From Gemmatimonadales bacterium (GTDB lineage Bacteria; Gemmatimonadota; Gemmatimonadetes; Gemmatimonadales; GWC2-71-9): 64,000 nucleotides of DNA. This document shows positions 34,303 to 44,097 of the stretch, piece after piece. The stretch spans positions 62,886 through 126,885 of the forward strand of contig JBFGJG010000005.1 in assembly GCA_041577295.1 (NCBI GenBank), written 5' to 3'. The translations under genes were made by a program, and so were the position numbers. The notes beneath the pieces are model-generated. The model was not told the origin of the DNA, did not search any database, and worked only from the letters and a program-made list of their open reading frames with translations. Position 1 is the first letter of the stretch; each line of letters opens with the position of its first letter.

Positions 34303-37300
34303 TTCCCGCCGCGCACGCGGCTTTCAGACGTGGCTTCCGAGACATCGCACCGCCGTAGTGAGAGCACGACCTCCCGCCCATCAATATCCACCGTCTCGCA
34401 CACGTCGGCATGGGGGAGATCGACCCCCACCTCCATCCTCCGTGCGAGGGTTTCGCCGGCAATAAACTGGCGAAAGGCTCCGGCAGCTGCCAAGACGTCC
34501 CCGGGGCCGGAGATGCTCAGTTCGATCCGTGTATTGTAATCGTAGTCCGCCTCTTTGCGCAGCCGCTGAATCCGATTGACCACCTCACGGGCCACACCCT
34601 CGTCGCGTAGCTCATCGGTGAGCGTGGGATCGAGCGCGACGACCAGCGGCCCCTCGCTCTCCACGAGCCAGTCGCTCATCACCTCGCGCTCCACCACGAC
34701 ATCCTCGGGTCGGTACTCGAAGGTGCGCCCGTCCACTTGGACGGTCTGGGCCGATCCGGACTCGAGGGCCCGGAGCTGATCCGGGCGCAGCCGCGCGCTG
34801 GCCTTCGCCGCGAGCGGCGTATCCTTCTCGTACACCTTCCCCAGCGTGCGGAAGTTTGGCTTGGCGCGAAGCCGCACCAGCTCCTCATCGGAGGCCACCA
34901 CGCTGATCTCGCGCACGTTCACTTCCCCCGCGAGCAGCTGCAGGAGGTCCTCGGTCACTCCCTCGCGTACACCCGCCGGAACGGCGATGTGCATGCGTGC
35001 GAGAGGTTGCCGGACGCGAAGGCCTCCGCGCTCCCTGGCGGCACGGGCGAGCGAGGCAAGCCGCCTGACCGCATCCATGGCGGCTTCCAACGCCGGATCC
35101 TGTCGCGCGCCTGATTGGGGGAACGACGCGAGATGCGCGGAGCTCGCCGTCAACCGCCGGTGGATGGCGTCACTCAGGAATGGGGCCGCCGGCGCCAACA
35201 GTCGGCACACAGTCACCAGCGCGTCATGCAGCGTGGTGAGGGCGGCAGCATCTGCGGTGGCATCTGGCGCCCAAAACCGCGCACGATTCACGCGCACGTA
35301 CCAGTTGGACAACTCTTGGTCGCAAAACTGAATGATCGCGCGGACCCCTGTGGTGACGTCGTAACCGGACCACGCGTCCCGCACGGTGCTGGTCAGCGTG
35401 TCCAGGCGGCTGTACAGCCAGCGATCGACCGGCTCGAGGTCGGTCGCGCGCGGCCGCTTGGCGGGAGGCGTCCAATCTTCCGCGTAGAGCGCGAAAAACC
35501 CGTACGTGTTTCGGAGCCGCGTGAGAAAATCAAGGGCGACATCTGTGATCTGGGCCGGGTCGAAGCGCTTCTCCAGCCAGACTTGGCTCGACGCGAGGAG
35601 ATAGATGCGGACCGTATCCGCGCCGAACTCCTCGACGACCTTCACGGGATCGACCACGTTGCCCAACCGCTTGGACATCTTGCGACCATCGGCGTCGAGT
35701 ACGAGCCCGTTGACGATCACGTGGCGATACGCGGGACTCGACCGGACGCCCGCCGCGATCGCAAGCAGCGAGTAGAACCATCCGCGGGTCTGATCGAGCC
35801 CCTCGCAGATGAAGTCGGCGGGAAAGTGTTGCTCGAACTCGGCGTGGTTCTCGAAGGGATAGTGCCACTGCGCAAACGGCATGGCACCCGAGTCGAACCA
35901 CGCGTCGATCACCTCCGGTACGCGGCGCATGGTGCCTTCACACCCAGCGGCCGCACACCCGAACGTGTACTCGTCGATGTACGGCTTGTGGGGATCGAAA
36001 TCCTCGGGGAGCGGACGCCCCCAGTGCCGTGCCAGCTCTTCGTAGGACCCGATGACCAGGACGTGATCCGCGTCGCGATCGCATACCCAGGCGGGGAGTG
36101 GTGTGCCCCAGTATCGGTCGCGGGACAACGCCCAGTCGACATTGTTCTCCAACCACTCACCAAACCGCCCGGAGCCCACCTCGGGTGGTGTCCAATCCAC
36201 TTCCCGGTTCACCGCGATCATCCGGTCTTTGAAGCCGGTGGTCCGGACGAACCACGACTCCCGCGCATAGTAGATCAGCGGAGAATCGCAGCGCCAGCAA
36301 AACGGGTAGGTGTGCTCGTAGCCGGCCGCCTCGTACCGACCAAACACCTTGCCCTCCTCCTCGAGCCGCTGCGCGATGATGGGATTGGCCTCGAACACTG
36401 TCTTGCCGTTGATTGCCGCAAACCGCGTCCCCTGGAAGCGGCCGGTGGCGTCTACGGGGTTCACGAAGGCAAGCCCCTCGCGTTGCACGGTCGCGTAGTC
36501 GTCAGCGCCAAACGCCGGAGCCATGTGTACGAGACCGGTTCCCTCCTCGTTGGTAACAAAGTCACCGGTCACGATTCGAAAGGCGTGGTCTGGATCGACC
36601 TCCACCGCGTCAAGTAGCTGGTGGTACCGGAGCCCCACGAGCTCGCGTCCGGAGTATTCACCCACCTGCGGGAACGCCCCAAGCGGCCGACCGTGTGTCG
36701 CACCAGGGATGGCCTTGGCTCGCGCGATCGTCTGCTCCGCAATCACACGACGGCCGTCCACATCGAGCTCGACGTAGCGGAAAGCCGGGTGGACAGCGAC
36801 CGCCACGTTGGAGGGAAGCGTCCACGGCGTCGTCGTCCACACGAGCAGGTAGCGCTCGGATTCATCGACCAAGCGGAAGAGCGCGTAGATCGAGGGGCTT
36901 CGGTGCGTCTCGTAGCCTTGCGCGAGCTCGTGACTCGAGAGCGCGGTTCCGCACCGCCAGCAGTACGGCAGCACTTTGTGCCCGCGGTCGAGCAGGTCCT
37001 TTTCCGCGAGCTGTTGCAACAACCACCACACGCTTTCGATGTACTCGTTCGTGTAGGTGATATACGGGCGGTCGTAGTCGAGCCAGTACCCAATGCGTTC
37101 GGAGAGGGCCTCCCAGTCTCCCTTGTAGCGGAATACGCTCTCCTTGCACCGCCGGTTGAACTCCGCGACGCCGAGCCGCTCGATGTCCGCCTTGCCCGAG
37201 ATCTGGAGCTCTTTCTCGACCTCGATCTCAACTGGGAGACCGTGGGTATCCCAGCCGGCAATGCGCGTGACCGATCGCCCGAGCATCGTTTGATAACGAT

Positions 37301-37505
37301 TGATCAGATCCTTGATGGTACGAGCAAAGACGTGGTGAATCCCGGGACGACCGTTGGCCGTGGGCGGACCCTCGTAGAAGACGAACGGCTCGCCCCGGCG
37401 CGTCGCCTCGAGCGTGCGATGGAACAGGTCCTCGGCTTGCCACTGCGCAAGCAGCCCCTGCTCGAGCACGGCGAGCGGATCCCGGGGAAGCGGCTGATAC
37501 GCCAT
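34299..37505 (-). CDS. ileS: isoleucyl-tRNA synthetase, type 2
   Basis: EGPPTANGRPGIHH, GWDTHGLP, WTTTPWT, DQTRGWF, KMSKR; start ATG 37505. Confidence 0.96.
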   Translation of the reverse strand: MAYQPLPRDPLAVLEQGLLAQWQAEDLFHRTLEATRRGEPFVFYEGPPTANGRPGIHHVFARTIKDLINRYQTMLGRSVTRIAGWDTHGLPVEIEVEKELQISGKADIERLGVAEFNRRCKESVFRYKGDWEALSERIGYWLDYDRPYITYTNEYIESVWWLLQQLAEKDLLDRGHKVLPYCWRCGTALSSHELAQGYETHRSPSIYALFRLVDESERYLLVWTTTPWTLPSNVAVAVHPAFRYVELDVDGRRVIAEQTIARAKAIPGATHGRPLGAFPQVGEYSGRELVGLRYHQLLDAVEVDPDHAFRIVTGDFVTNEEGTGLVHMAPAFGADDYATVQREGLAFVNPVDATGRFQGTRFAAINGKTVFEANPIIAQRLEEEGKVFGRYEAAGYEHTYPFCWRCDSPLIYYARESWFVRTTGFKDRMIAVNREVDWTPPEVGSGRFGEWLENNVDWALSRDRYWGTPLPAWVCDRDADHVLVIGSYEELARHWGRPLPEDFDPHKPYIDEYTFGCAAAGCEGTMRRVPEVIDAWFDSGAMPFAQWHYPFENHAEFEQHFPADFICEGLDQTRGWFYSLLAIAAGVRSSPAYRHVIVNGLVLDADGRKMSKRLGNVVDPVKVVEEFGADTVRIYLLASSQVWLEKRFDPAQITDVALDFLTRLRNTYGFFALYAEDWTPPAKRPRATDLEPVDRWLYSRLDTLTSTVRDAWSGYDVTTGVRAIIQFCDQELSNWYVRVNRARFWAPDATADAAALTTLHDALVTVCRLLAPAAPFLSDAIHRRLTASSAHLASFPQSGARQDPALEAAMDAVRRLASLARAARERGGLRVRQPLARMHIAVPAGVREGVTEDLLQLLAGEVNVREISVVASDEELVRLRAKPNFRTLGKVYEKDTPLAAKASARLRPDQLRALESGSAQTVQVDGRTFEYRPEDVVVEREVMSDWLVESEGPLVVALDPTLTDELRDEGVAREVVNRIQRLRKEADYDYNTRIELSISGPGDVLAAAGAFRQFIAGETLARRMEVGVDLPHADVCETVDIDGREVVLSLRRCDVSEATSESRVRGGK

Positions 37506-38335
37506 CACGACATCCGTTCGAGCACCGTGGTCACGAGCCGCGTGAGGTCTGGCTCCGCTTCCTGGGCCACGGCGATGATTTTGTCGATGTCTGCGGGCTC
37601 GAGCGCGTCGGGCAGACACATGTCCGTGATGATGGAGATTCCCAACACTCGCATCCCGCCGTGGATGGCGACGATCACCTCCGGCACGGTCGACATGCCC
37701 ACCACATCGGCGCCGATCACACGAAGGAACCGGTACTCGGCTGCCGTTTCCAGATTGGGACCGGTGACAGCAACGTACACTCCCTCCCGCAAGGTGATCG
37801 CGAGATCACGGGCAGCGTCACGGGCGAGCTGGCGCAGTGCCGGATCGTACGGCGCGGACATGTCGGGGAATCGCGGCCCCAACGCGTCGTCATTGGGCCC
37901 CACGAGCGGGTTATCTCCCAACAGATTGATGTGATCTGCAAGGAGCACCAGATCACCAGCGGACCAGAGCGGGTGCATTCCACCGCACGCATTCGACACC
38001 ACGAGCGTCTTCGCGCCCAACGCCCGCATCACGCGGACGGGGAACGTGATCTGCTGCATCGAGTAGCCCTCATAACGGTGAAACCGGCCCTGCATGGCCA
38101 CAACGCGTTGGCCACCCAACCGTCCCAGCAACAACCGACCGGCGTGGGTTTCCACGGTAGACAGCGGGAACCCCGGCACTCGCTCGTACCCAATGGCCTG
38201 CTCCACATCCATCTCATCCGCCAGGCCGCCGAGTCCGGTTCCGAGTATCACGGCGACCTCGGGCGCGAGACGGGTCTCGGCGCGGATCGCCTTCACGGCG
38301 TCCATGATGGGTTGCGACAACACCGAGGCAGTCAC
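37505..38335 (-). CDS. purine-nucleoside phosphorylase
   Basis: LGTGLG, QGRFHRYEG, GPNLET, VGMSTVPE. Confidence 0.93.
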   Translation of the reverse strand: MTASVLSQPIMDAVKAIRAETRLAPEVAVILGTGLGGLADEMDVEQAIGYERVPGFPLSTVETHAGRLLLGRLGGQRVVAMQGRFHRYEGYSMQQITFPVRVMRALGAKTLVVSNACGGMHPLWSAGDLVLLADHINLLGDNPLVGPNDDALGPRFPDMSAPYDPALRQLARDAARDLAITLREGVYVAVTGPNLETAAEYRFLRVIGADVVGMSTVPEVIVAIHGGMRVLGISIITDMCLPDALEPADIDKIIAVAQEAEPDLTRLVTTVLERMS

Positions 38336-38835
38336 TACTCCTCCGGAAGGTCCGGTGGGTCGCCGTCATTGGCGTGCTGCCCCAACGCGTCGACCTGAGC
38401 GAGGTAACGCTGGAGCAGAGCGCGAAAGGCGGTGAGGTAGCCACTGAACTCGTTGTGGGCTTGATCGATGTCCCGCCGCAAAGCGACCTCTCGGGCCCGC
38501 GCGGCGGCCACGATCTGCTCCGCCTTCACTCGCGCCTCTTTCATGACGAGCTCCATTTGCCGCTGGGCCGCCTCCTCGGCATCCTGGCGAACCGTCTGAG
38601 CGAGGAGCACACCATCGTTGATGGCGCGCTCGCGTTCTCGGTATGCCTTGAGCTGCTCGCGCATGCTGGACACCCGCTCTTCGAGCTGCATCCGTTCGCG
38701 GAGCAAGCGCTCGAGCTCATCCGCTACACGGCTCTTGAAGTCCTCTACGTCAGCGCGATTGTACCCGCCGAGCTCACGGTGAAACTCCTGACCTCGGACA
38801 TCGACCGGCGTCAGCCGGAAAGCGTCGTCGTTCAT
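38335..38835 (-). CDS. divIVA: DivIVA-domain protein
   Basis: LTPVDVRGQEF..GY...DVEDF then long coiled coil; follows yggS. Confidence 0.88.
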   Translation of the reverse strand: MNDDAFRLTPVDVRGQEFHRELGGYNRADVEDFKSRVADELERLLRERMQLEERVSSMREQLKAYRERERAINDGVLLAQTVRQDAEEAAQRQMELVMKEARVKAEQIVAAARAREVALRRDIDQAHNEFSGYLTAFRALLQRYLAQVDALGQHANDGDPPDLPEE

Positions 38836-39530
38836 CGCGGCCGTGCTCCAAACAATACGGTCCCTAAACGCACGATGGTGGCTCCTTCGGCCACCGCCGA
38901 GGGGTAGTCATCCGACATGCCCATAGACAGTTCGCGCAGGTCCCAACCTCCATCCGCCACCAGCTGGTCACGAAGCGTGCGCAGCCTGCCGAAGACGCGA
39001 CGCTGCACCCGCTCCTCGTCGGTGAACGGGGCCATGGTCATGAGCCCGTTGAGCCGCAGGTGTCGAAGGCTCGCGACGTGCGCCACGATCTCCGGTGCCG
39101 CGACGGGATCGCACCCGTCCTTCTGTTCCTCCCCGGCAATGTTCACCTGCACCAGCACGGGGAGCGGGGCTGCAGTGCCGTGACGCTCCAGGGCCCGTTC
39201 GAGCGCATCGGCCACGCGCACCGAATCGATCGAGTGCACCATGGCAAACCGCCCCGGCACCGATTTCGCCTTGTTCGTCTGCAGGTGCCCAATCATGTGC
39301 CACCGCACCGGCAGCTCCGGGAGCTGGGCTTGCTTCTCGAGCGCTTCCTGTACCCGATTCTCGCCCAGATCCAGGAGACCGGCTGCGCAGGCAGCGTGCA
39401 CCGCACCCACCGGATGCCCTTTCGTCACCCCCACGATACGCACGTTGCCGTGCTGGTCCTCGCGGGCCTGTATGGCTGCGATCTCGTCGCGCACCCGGGC
39501 CAGGTTGCCGGGGAGCGCGTCAAAATCCAT
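38832..39530 (-). CDS. yggS: PLP homeostasis protein YggS
   Basis: VTK, GENRVQE, HMIGHLQTNK, LSMGMSDD, VRLGT. Confidence 0.95.
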   Translation of the reverse strand: MDFDALPGNLARVRDEIAAIQAREDQHGNVRIVGVTKGHPVGAVHAACAAGLLDLGENRVQEALEKQAQLPELPVRWHMIGHLQTNKAKSVPGRFAMVHSIDSVRVADALERALERHGTAAPLPVLVQVNIAGEEQKDGCDPVAAPEIVAHVASLRHLRLNGLMTMAPFTDEERVQRRVFGRLRTLRDQLVADGGWDLRELSMGMSDDYPSAVAEGATIVRLGTVLFGARPR

Positions 39531-39554
39531 AGCCTGACAAGCTAGCTGACTGAT

Positions 39555-39590
39555 GAAGGGGATAGAAGGGATTCGAAGGGATAGAGGGAG
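39555..39590 (+). repeat. short imperfect tandem repeat (GAAGGGAT-like), G4-motif
   Basis: GAAGGGGATA GAAGGGATTC GAAGGGATA GAGGGAG in the intergenic gap. Confidence 0.6.
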
Positions 39591-39608
39591 CTCCCATCCC
39601 CTGTATGC

Positions 39609-42065
39609 TTACTGGGCGGTATCAAGGGGAAGGGCTATCGGCGTATCTCCCCCGGGCTGTACCGCTTCGAGCATGCCTGCGAGCGACGGGATGGGGGCGA
39701 GCTGAAACGCGCGCCGGAGGTTTTCCAGGGCACGGGCATCATCGCCCAATGCGGTATATCCCTGCCCGAGAGAATAAAACGGATAGCTCAGGTTGGTCGC
39801 GATGTTTTGACTCGTGGGATCGAGATCGAGTGTGTCCGCCTCGAGCAGGCCGGCGTATCGGTACACATGCCACGCAAGCGAGTCGGTACGCGGGATATCC
39901 ACCGGCGGCCCGAGCAAGCCAGGGCCGAGACGGCTGGAGTCGGGCGGGTTTGCCACGTTGATCCGGAACACGAGTGCCTCGTGGGTGAGATAGGGACCGA
40001 GCTCAACCCAGTTGCCGCTTCCTGCCGTCAAGGCGAAGTACATCGGTCGTCGTTGCCAGTTCTCCCGCAGCAGCCTGAGGATGAGGACGTCCTTGACATA
40101 GAGTGGCGTGTTCTGCCGATACGTCTGCGAAATGCGGCCCACTCGGAAGTTCAACGCCTGGGGAAGCAAGAGCGGCTGCAGACCTGAGATCTCTTCATCC
40201 GTCCACGAATGAAGCGGCGGGGGTGGCTCCTCCGGTGCAAGCGGCGCAAACCACGGCGCTTGCTCGAGAACGAACGGCCGCACCGGGTTATCACGAAGCT
40301 GGCGGATATACCAGTCGGTGTTGCCGAGCGACAAGTTTACTACCGAGACATCCTGCCGGATTTCCTCGACTTCCTGCAGGTACCACAGCGGGAAGGTATC
40401 GTTGTCGCCGTTGGTGAAGACGATGCCGTACGGTTCGATGGATTGGAGGAGATCGTACGCGAAGTCGCGCGCCAACTCGGCCGCGGGACCGTGACGGCGG
40501 CTCGCAGCGTTGAAGTTGAGCGCAAACGGCACGATCGCCAGCGCGAGAATACCGGCTGGAAGCAGCGAACCGCCGTTGGGCGTGCCACCACCGGTCACTC
40601 GTCGTACCACGCGGTACAGGCCGGCGAGCCCCGCACCGGCAAACAGCCCCCATATCTGGAACGAGACGGTAAAGAAATAGTCCCGCTCCCGGACCTCGTG
40701 ACTGTCGAGATCGGGAAATAGGTCCCACCCCAGTGAGAACCCCGGCTTGAAGTTCATGTATCCCATGAGCCCAGGGCCGGTCGTGACGAAGAGAATAACC
40801 AGCAACCAGAACACCGAGCGATCTCGTTCTTTGATCACCGTGGCGCCGTAAATGCCAAGCGACGTGAACGCGAGCGTGAAGAGCAAGCGCTGGGGTGCGA
40901 ACACGGGCTGCGTTGGCGCGAGGCCGTTTGCCCACTGCCAGTCGAAGTACTGCAAATAGTTTTGGATCTGAAGCAGGATGATCGCGAGAGACCGGCCCGG
41001 GTTACCCGGCCCCGACGGGAGGGTCGGATCGTCCAACGGCGAACGCGGCGGGTACTGCTCGCGCCTGATGACCGCGAGGAGATTTTCCCACGTCGATGGA
41101 TCGGCCTCGTTGATGAACGGGCCGACATTTGCTCGTAGGTAGAGGAAGAGGTACGTCGATGCACCCACGGCCGCGATGCCCACCACCGCCAGTGCAAATC
41201 GATAACCACCCGCATACGCGGCAAACACCGCCGCAGCGACAAAGGCAAGCCCACCGACTACGAGCAGCGTCGTGCTTCCCAACCCGGTCCCGATGAGCAG
41301 CGCCCACACACCCCCTAGGACACCCAACTGCGCCCATTCGACCATGCGGCCCTCGTCATCCGGTAACGGATCCGTTCGGAGGACGTGTGCCATGAAACCG
41401 ATCAGCGCCGGTCCCACCAACAGTGTGAGCAAATGGTTACCCAAGGACACCGCTCCCAGGTAGACCATAACGAGCAGCAGGTGCGCCGCACGGTCGGTAC
41501 CGCGATGCTTGCGCCACAGCCAGGCCAGCCAGCAGATCCCAGCGATTGAGAGTGCGGCGACCATGTAGACTTCCGTCTCATTGGAGTTCTGCCACACGGT
41601 GAACGCGAACGCCGATGTGATGGCGGCTGCTGCGGCACCACCCAGGCTGAACAACCGATCCACTGCCGGCTGGCCGTTCACCAGCGATCCGCGCAGCGAC
41701 ATCGCCAAGAGCAGGAAGAACAACCCCGCGGACGCGGCGCTGAACGTGGCCGTCATCAAGTTGGTGCGATAGGCGAATTCCCCGATCGGAACGAGCTGAG
41801 CCCACACATTCGCCAGGACGACGAAGAGCGGCGTGCCGGGCGGATGCGGAATGCCGAGTATCTTGGCGGTGGCAATGAACTCCCCCGCATCCCAGAACGT
41901 CACCGTAGGAGCCAATGTCCAGACGTATCCGCCGAGCACGACGAGGAACACGCCGACGGCAGCCAGGTATGGTGGTCGCACGCCCGGCTCGGCGGCGACC
42001 GCGTTTGTCGTCTTGAGCGGCCGCTCCGCGCGAAACTCGGCCAGGTCCTTGGTGCTACGCTCCAC
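39609..42065 (-). CDS. DUF2723 (TMEM260-like) GT-C membrane glycosyltransferase
   Basis: FWDAGEF..HPPG, EVRERDYFF, NGDNDTFPLWY; many TMs. Confidence 0.85.
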   Translation of the reverse strand: MERSTKDLAEFRAERPLKTTNAVAAEPGVRPPYLAAVGVFLVVLGGYVWTLAPTVTFWDAGEFIATAKILGIPHPPGTPLFVVLANVWAQLVPIGEFAYRTNLMTATFSAASAGLFFLLLAMSLRGSLVNGQPAVDRLFSLGGAAAAAITSAFAFTVWQNSNETEVYMVAALSIAGICWLAWLWRKHRGTDRAAHLLLVMVYLGAVSLGNHLLTLLVGPALIGFMAHVLRTDPLPDDEGRMVEWAQLGVLGGVWALLIGTGLGSTTLLVVGGLAFVAAAVFAAYAGGYRFALAVVGIAAVGASTYLFLYLRANVGPFINEADPSTWENLLAVIRREQYPPRSPLDDPTLPSGPGNPGRSLAIILLQIQNYLQYFDWQWANGLAPTQPVFAPQRLLFTLAFTSLGIYGATVIKERDRSVFWLLVILFVTTGPGLMGYMNFKPGFSLGWDLFPDLDSHEVRERDYFFTVSFQIWGLFAGAGLAGLYRVVRRVTGGGTPNGGSLLPAGILALAIVPFALNFNAASRRHGPAAELARDFAYDLLQSIEPYGIVFTNGDNDTFPLWYLQEVEEIRQDVSVVNLSLGNTDWYIRQLRDNPVRPFVLEQAPWFAPLAPEEPPPPLHSWTDEEISGLQPLLLPQALNFRVGRISQTYRQNTPLYVKDVLILRLLRENWQRRPMYFALTAGSGNWVELGPYLTHEALVFRINVANPPDSSRLGPGLLGPPVDIPRTDSLAWHVYRYAGLLEADTLDLDPTSQNIATNLSYPFYSLGQGYTALGDDARALENLRRAFQLAPIPSLAGMLEAVQPGGDTPIALPLDTAQ

Positions 42066-42124
42066 GCTCGTGTCTTTCCTTCGAAGACCCTGTCTGCATC
42101 GCTCTGGTTGTTTCGGGAAGTAAC

Positions 42125-42928
42125 TTAGGCGGCCGAAGCGTCGCTCGTAGTCTTCGCCATCTCGAGCGGAGACCGATCACGACCCACGAGAATCTCACGC
42201 ACGTCCTCGGCAGCCACCCCTCGCCGAAGAAGCCCGCGAATCGCTACCGAGATCTTTGACGTCTCTTCAGATACCACGATGACCACGGCGTCCGTCTCCT
42301 CTGACAGCCCGAGCGCGGCCCGGTGCCGCGTCCCCAGCGACTTGTCGCTCACGGGAAACTGCGTCAAAGGTAACACCACCCCGGCAGCTACGATGACGTC
42401 ACCCCGTACGATGACCGCTCCGTCATGGAGCGGCGAGTACGGCGTGAAGATCGTGGTAAGCAGCTCCGCAGATACCGCCGCACGCATTTCCGTTCCGGTC
42501 TCCAGATAGTCGTTGAGCGCCGTCTCGCCCTCAATCGCGATGATCGCACCGGTCCCGTTGCGGGAGAGACGGGTTACAGCCTCGACGACCTCATCGACCA
42601 CAGCGTGCTCGTTGGAGTTATCGAGCAGCCGAATCGCACGCGACCGTCCCAGGCGCGCCAGGGCGTGACGGAGCTCCGGTTGGAACACCACCAGCGCCGC
42701 GAACGCCCCGTACGTCGCGACGAAGCCAAGCAGGGTCGTGATGACGTGAAAGCGTAGCACGAGCGCGCCGAAGTACAACACGACTAGAACGAGGAGACCG
42801 ACCAGGATCTGCAGAGCCCGCGTGCCGGCAAGAAAGAGCAAGAGCCGGTAGATCACAAACGCGACGATCAGAATCTCGATGACGTCATACCAGTCGGGAA
42901 CCAAAAACTGTAGTTGCTCGAGAGACAT
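42125..42928 (-). CDS. cdaA: diadenylate cyclase CdaA
   Basis: Three TMs, FQPELR, LHDGA, GTRHRAA, SEET; start ATG 42928. Confidence 0.93.
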   Translation of the reverse strand: MSLEQLQFLVPDWYDVIEILIVAFVIYRLLLFLAGTRALQILVGLLVLVVLYFGALVLRFHVITTLLGFVATYGAFAALVVFQPELRHALARLGRSRAIRLLDNSNEHAVVDEVVEAVTRLSRNGTGAIIAIEGETALNDYLETGTEMRAAVSAELLTTIFTPYSPLHDGAVIVRGDVIVAAGVVLPLTQFPVSDKSLGTRHRAALGLSEETDAVVIVVSEETSKISVAIRGLLRRGVAAEDVREILVGRDRSPLEMAKTTSDASAA

Positions 42929-44097
42929 CACTCGCTCCGGATGGCTCGCGCCACATCGAGGGCCTCGCGGACACCCTTCACCGCGTGGACGCGAAACAGT
43001 GTTGCTCCCTGCAGATACGCCGCGACACACGCGGCGGCGGTTGCGCGATCACGATCGGCTGGCTCATCTCCCGTCAGGGCACCGAGAAACCGCTTGCGCG
43101 ATGGGCCCACCATCACCGCACACCCGAGCGTCGCGAAGGCCGACAACCCACGCAGGACGGCGTAGTTCTGTTCGGGAGTCTTGGCAAACCCCAGCCCCGG
43201 GTCGACGACGATGTGGTCGCGCGCCACCCCGTGCGCTTCCGCCGTGCGCACGCACCCAGCGAGCTCACTGCGCGTCTCGGAGACGACGTCGCGATAGACC
43301 GCTCGCTCGTAGGTCGCCATCTCCTCCGTGGTTCCACGCGAATGCATGAGGATGAGCCCCGCACCGCGGGCTCCGCACGCATCAGCGATCGCGGGATCGA
43401 GTCTAAGCCCGGACACGTCGTTGATCGCCCACGCGCCTAGATCGAGTGAACGTCTTGCGATCTCACCCTTGACCGTGTCGACAGTCATGGGAGTCGTGGG
43501 CAGCTCACGGGAGAGCCGTGTCAGCACGGGTTCGAGTCGGCGCCATTCCTCTTCCAAGGGGACGGGCGCCGGCTGACCGGGGCGAGTCGACTCCGCCCCA
43601 ACGTCCAGCAGATCGGCGCCCTCTTCGACCAACGCGGCTGCGTGCCGCAGCGCGGCTTCCGGAGCGAAGTAGCGCCCGCCGTCGCTGAAGCTGTCAGGGG
43701 TGACGTTGAGAATGCCGGCTACGACCGGTCGGTCGAGTGGAATGGTCCCGCGCGCGGTGACCCAGTGGCTGGTAGGTGCGACAACGCTCCCCACCGCTTG
43801 GCCCAATTCATCCGCCAAGGGCTGGGGGAGCGTGCCAAATCCGGGCCGGCTCAAGCCGGCTAGGCGTGCGGCGGAACCCGCAAGCAACACCCATCCCTCG
43901 CCGGTCAGAGCGTCCACTTGTTGTCGCTGCGCGGCCTCGAGCAAGGCATGGCTGATATCGGACGGAACGTCGTCGAACAGGATCGCGAGCGGTACGAGTC
44001 CGCTCGCCGCAGCTTCGGCGTGTGTCGTGTCCATTCCCCGTCGCACCAGCGCATCCCGAACCGCGGGACCGCGCAAGGCGATGGGGGTGAGCGTCAC
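42928..44097 (-). CDS. folP: dihydropteroate synthase with N-terminal extension
   Basis: NVTPDSFSDGG, ESTRPG, DPGLGFAK, SRKRF, RVH. Confidence 0.94.
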   Translation of the reverse strand: MTLTPIALRGPAVRDALVRRGMDTTHAEAAASGLVPLAILFDDVPSDISHALLEAAQRQQVDALTGEGWVLLAGSAARLAGLSRPGFGTLPQPLADELGQAVGSVVAPTSHWVTARGTIPLDRPVVAGILNVTPDSFSDGGRYFAPEAALRHAAALVEEGADLLDVGAESTRPGQPAPVPLEEEWRRLEPVLTRLSRELPTTPMTVDTVKGEIARRSLDLGAWAINDVSGLRLDPAIADACGARGAGLILMHSRGTTEEMATYERAVYRDVVSETRSELAGCVRTAEAHGVARDHIVVDPGLGFAKTPEQNYAVLRGLSAFATLGCAVMVGPSRKRFLGALTGDEPADRDRATAAACVAAYLQGATLFRVHAVKGVREALDVARAIRSE

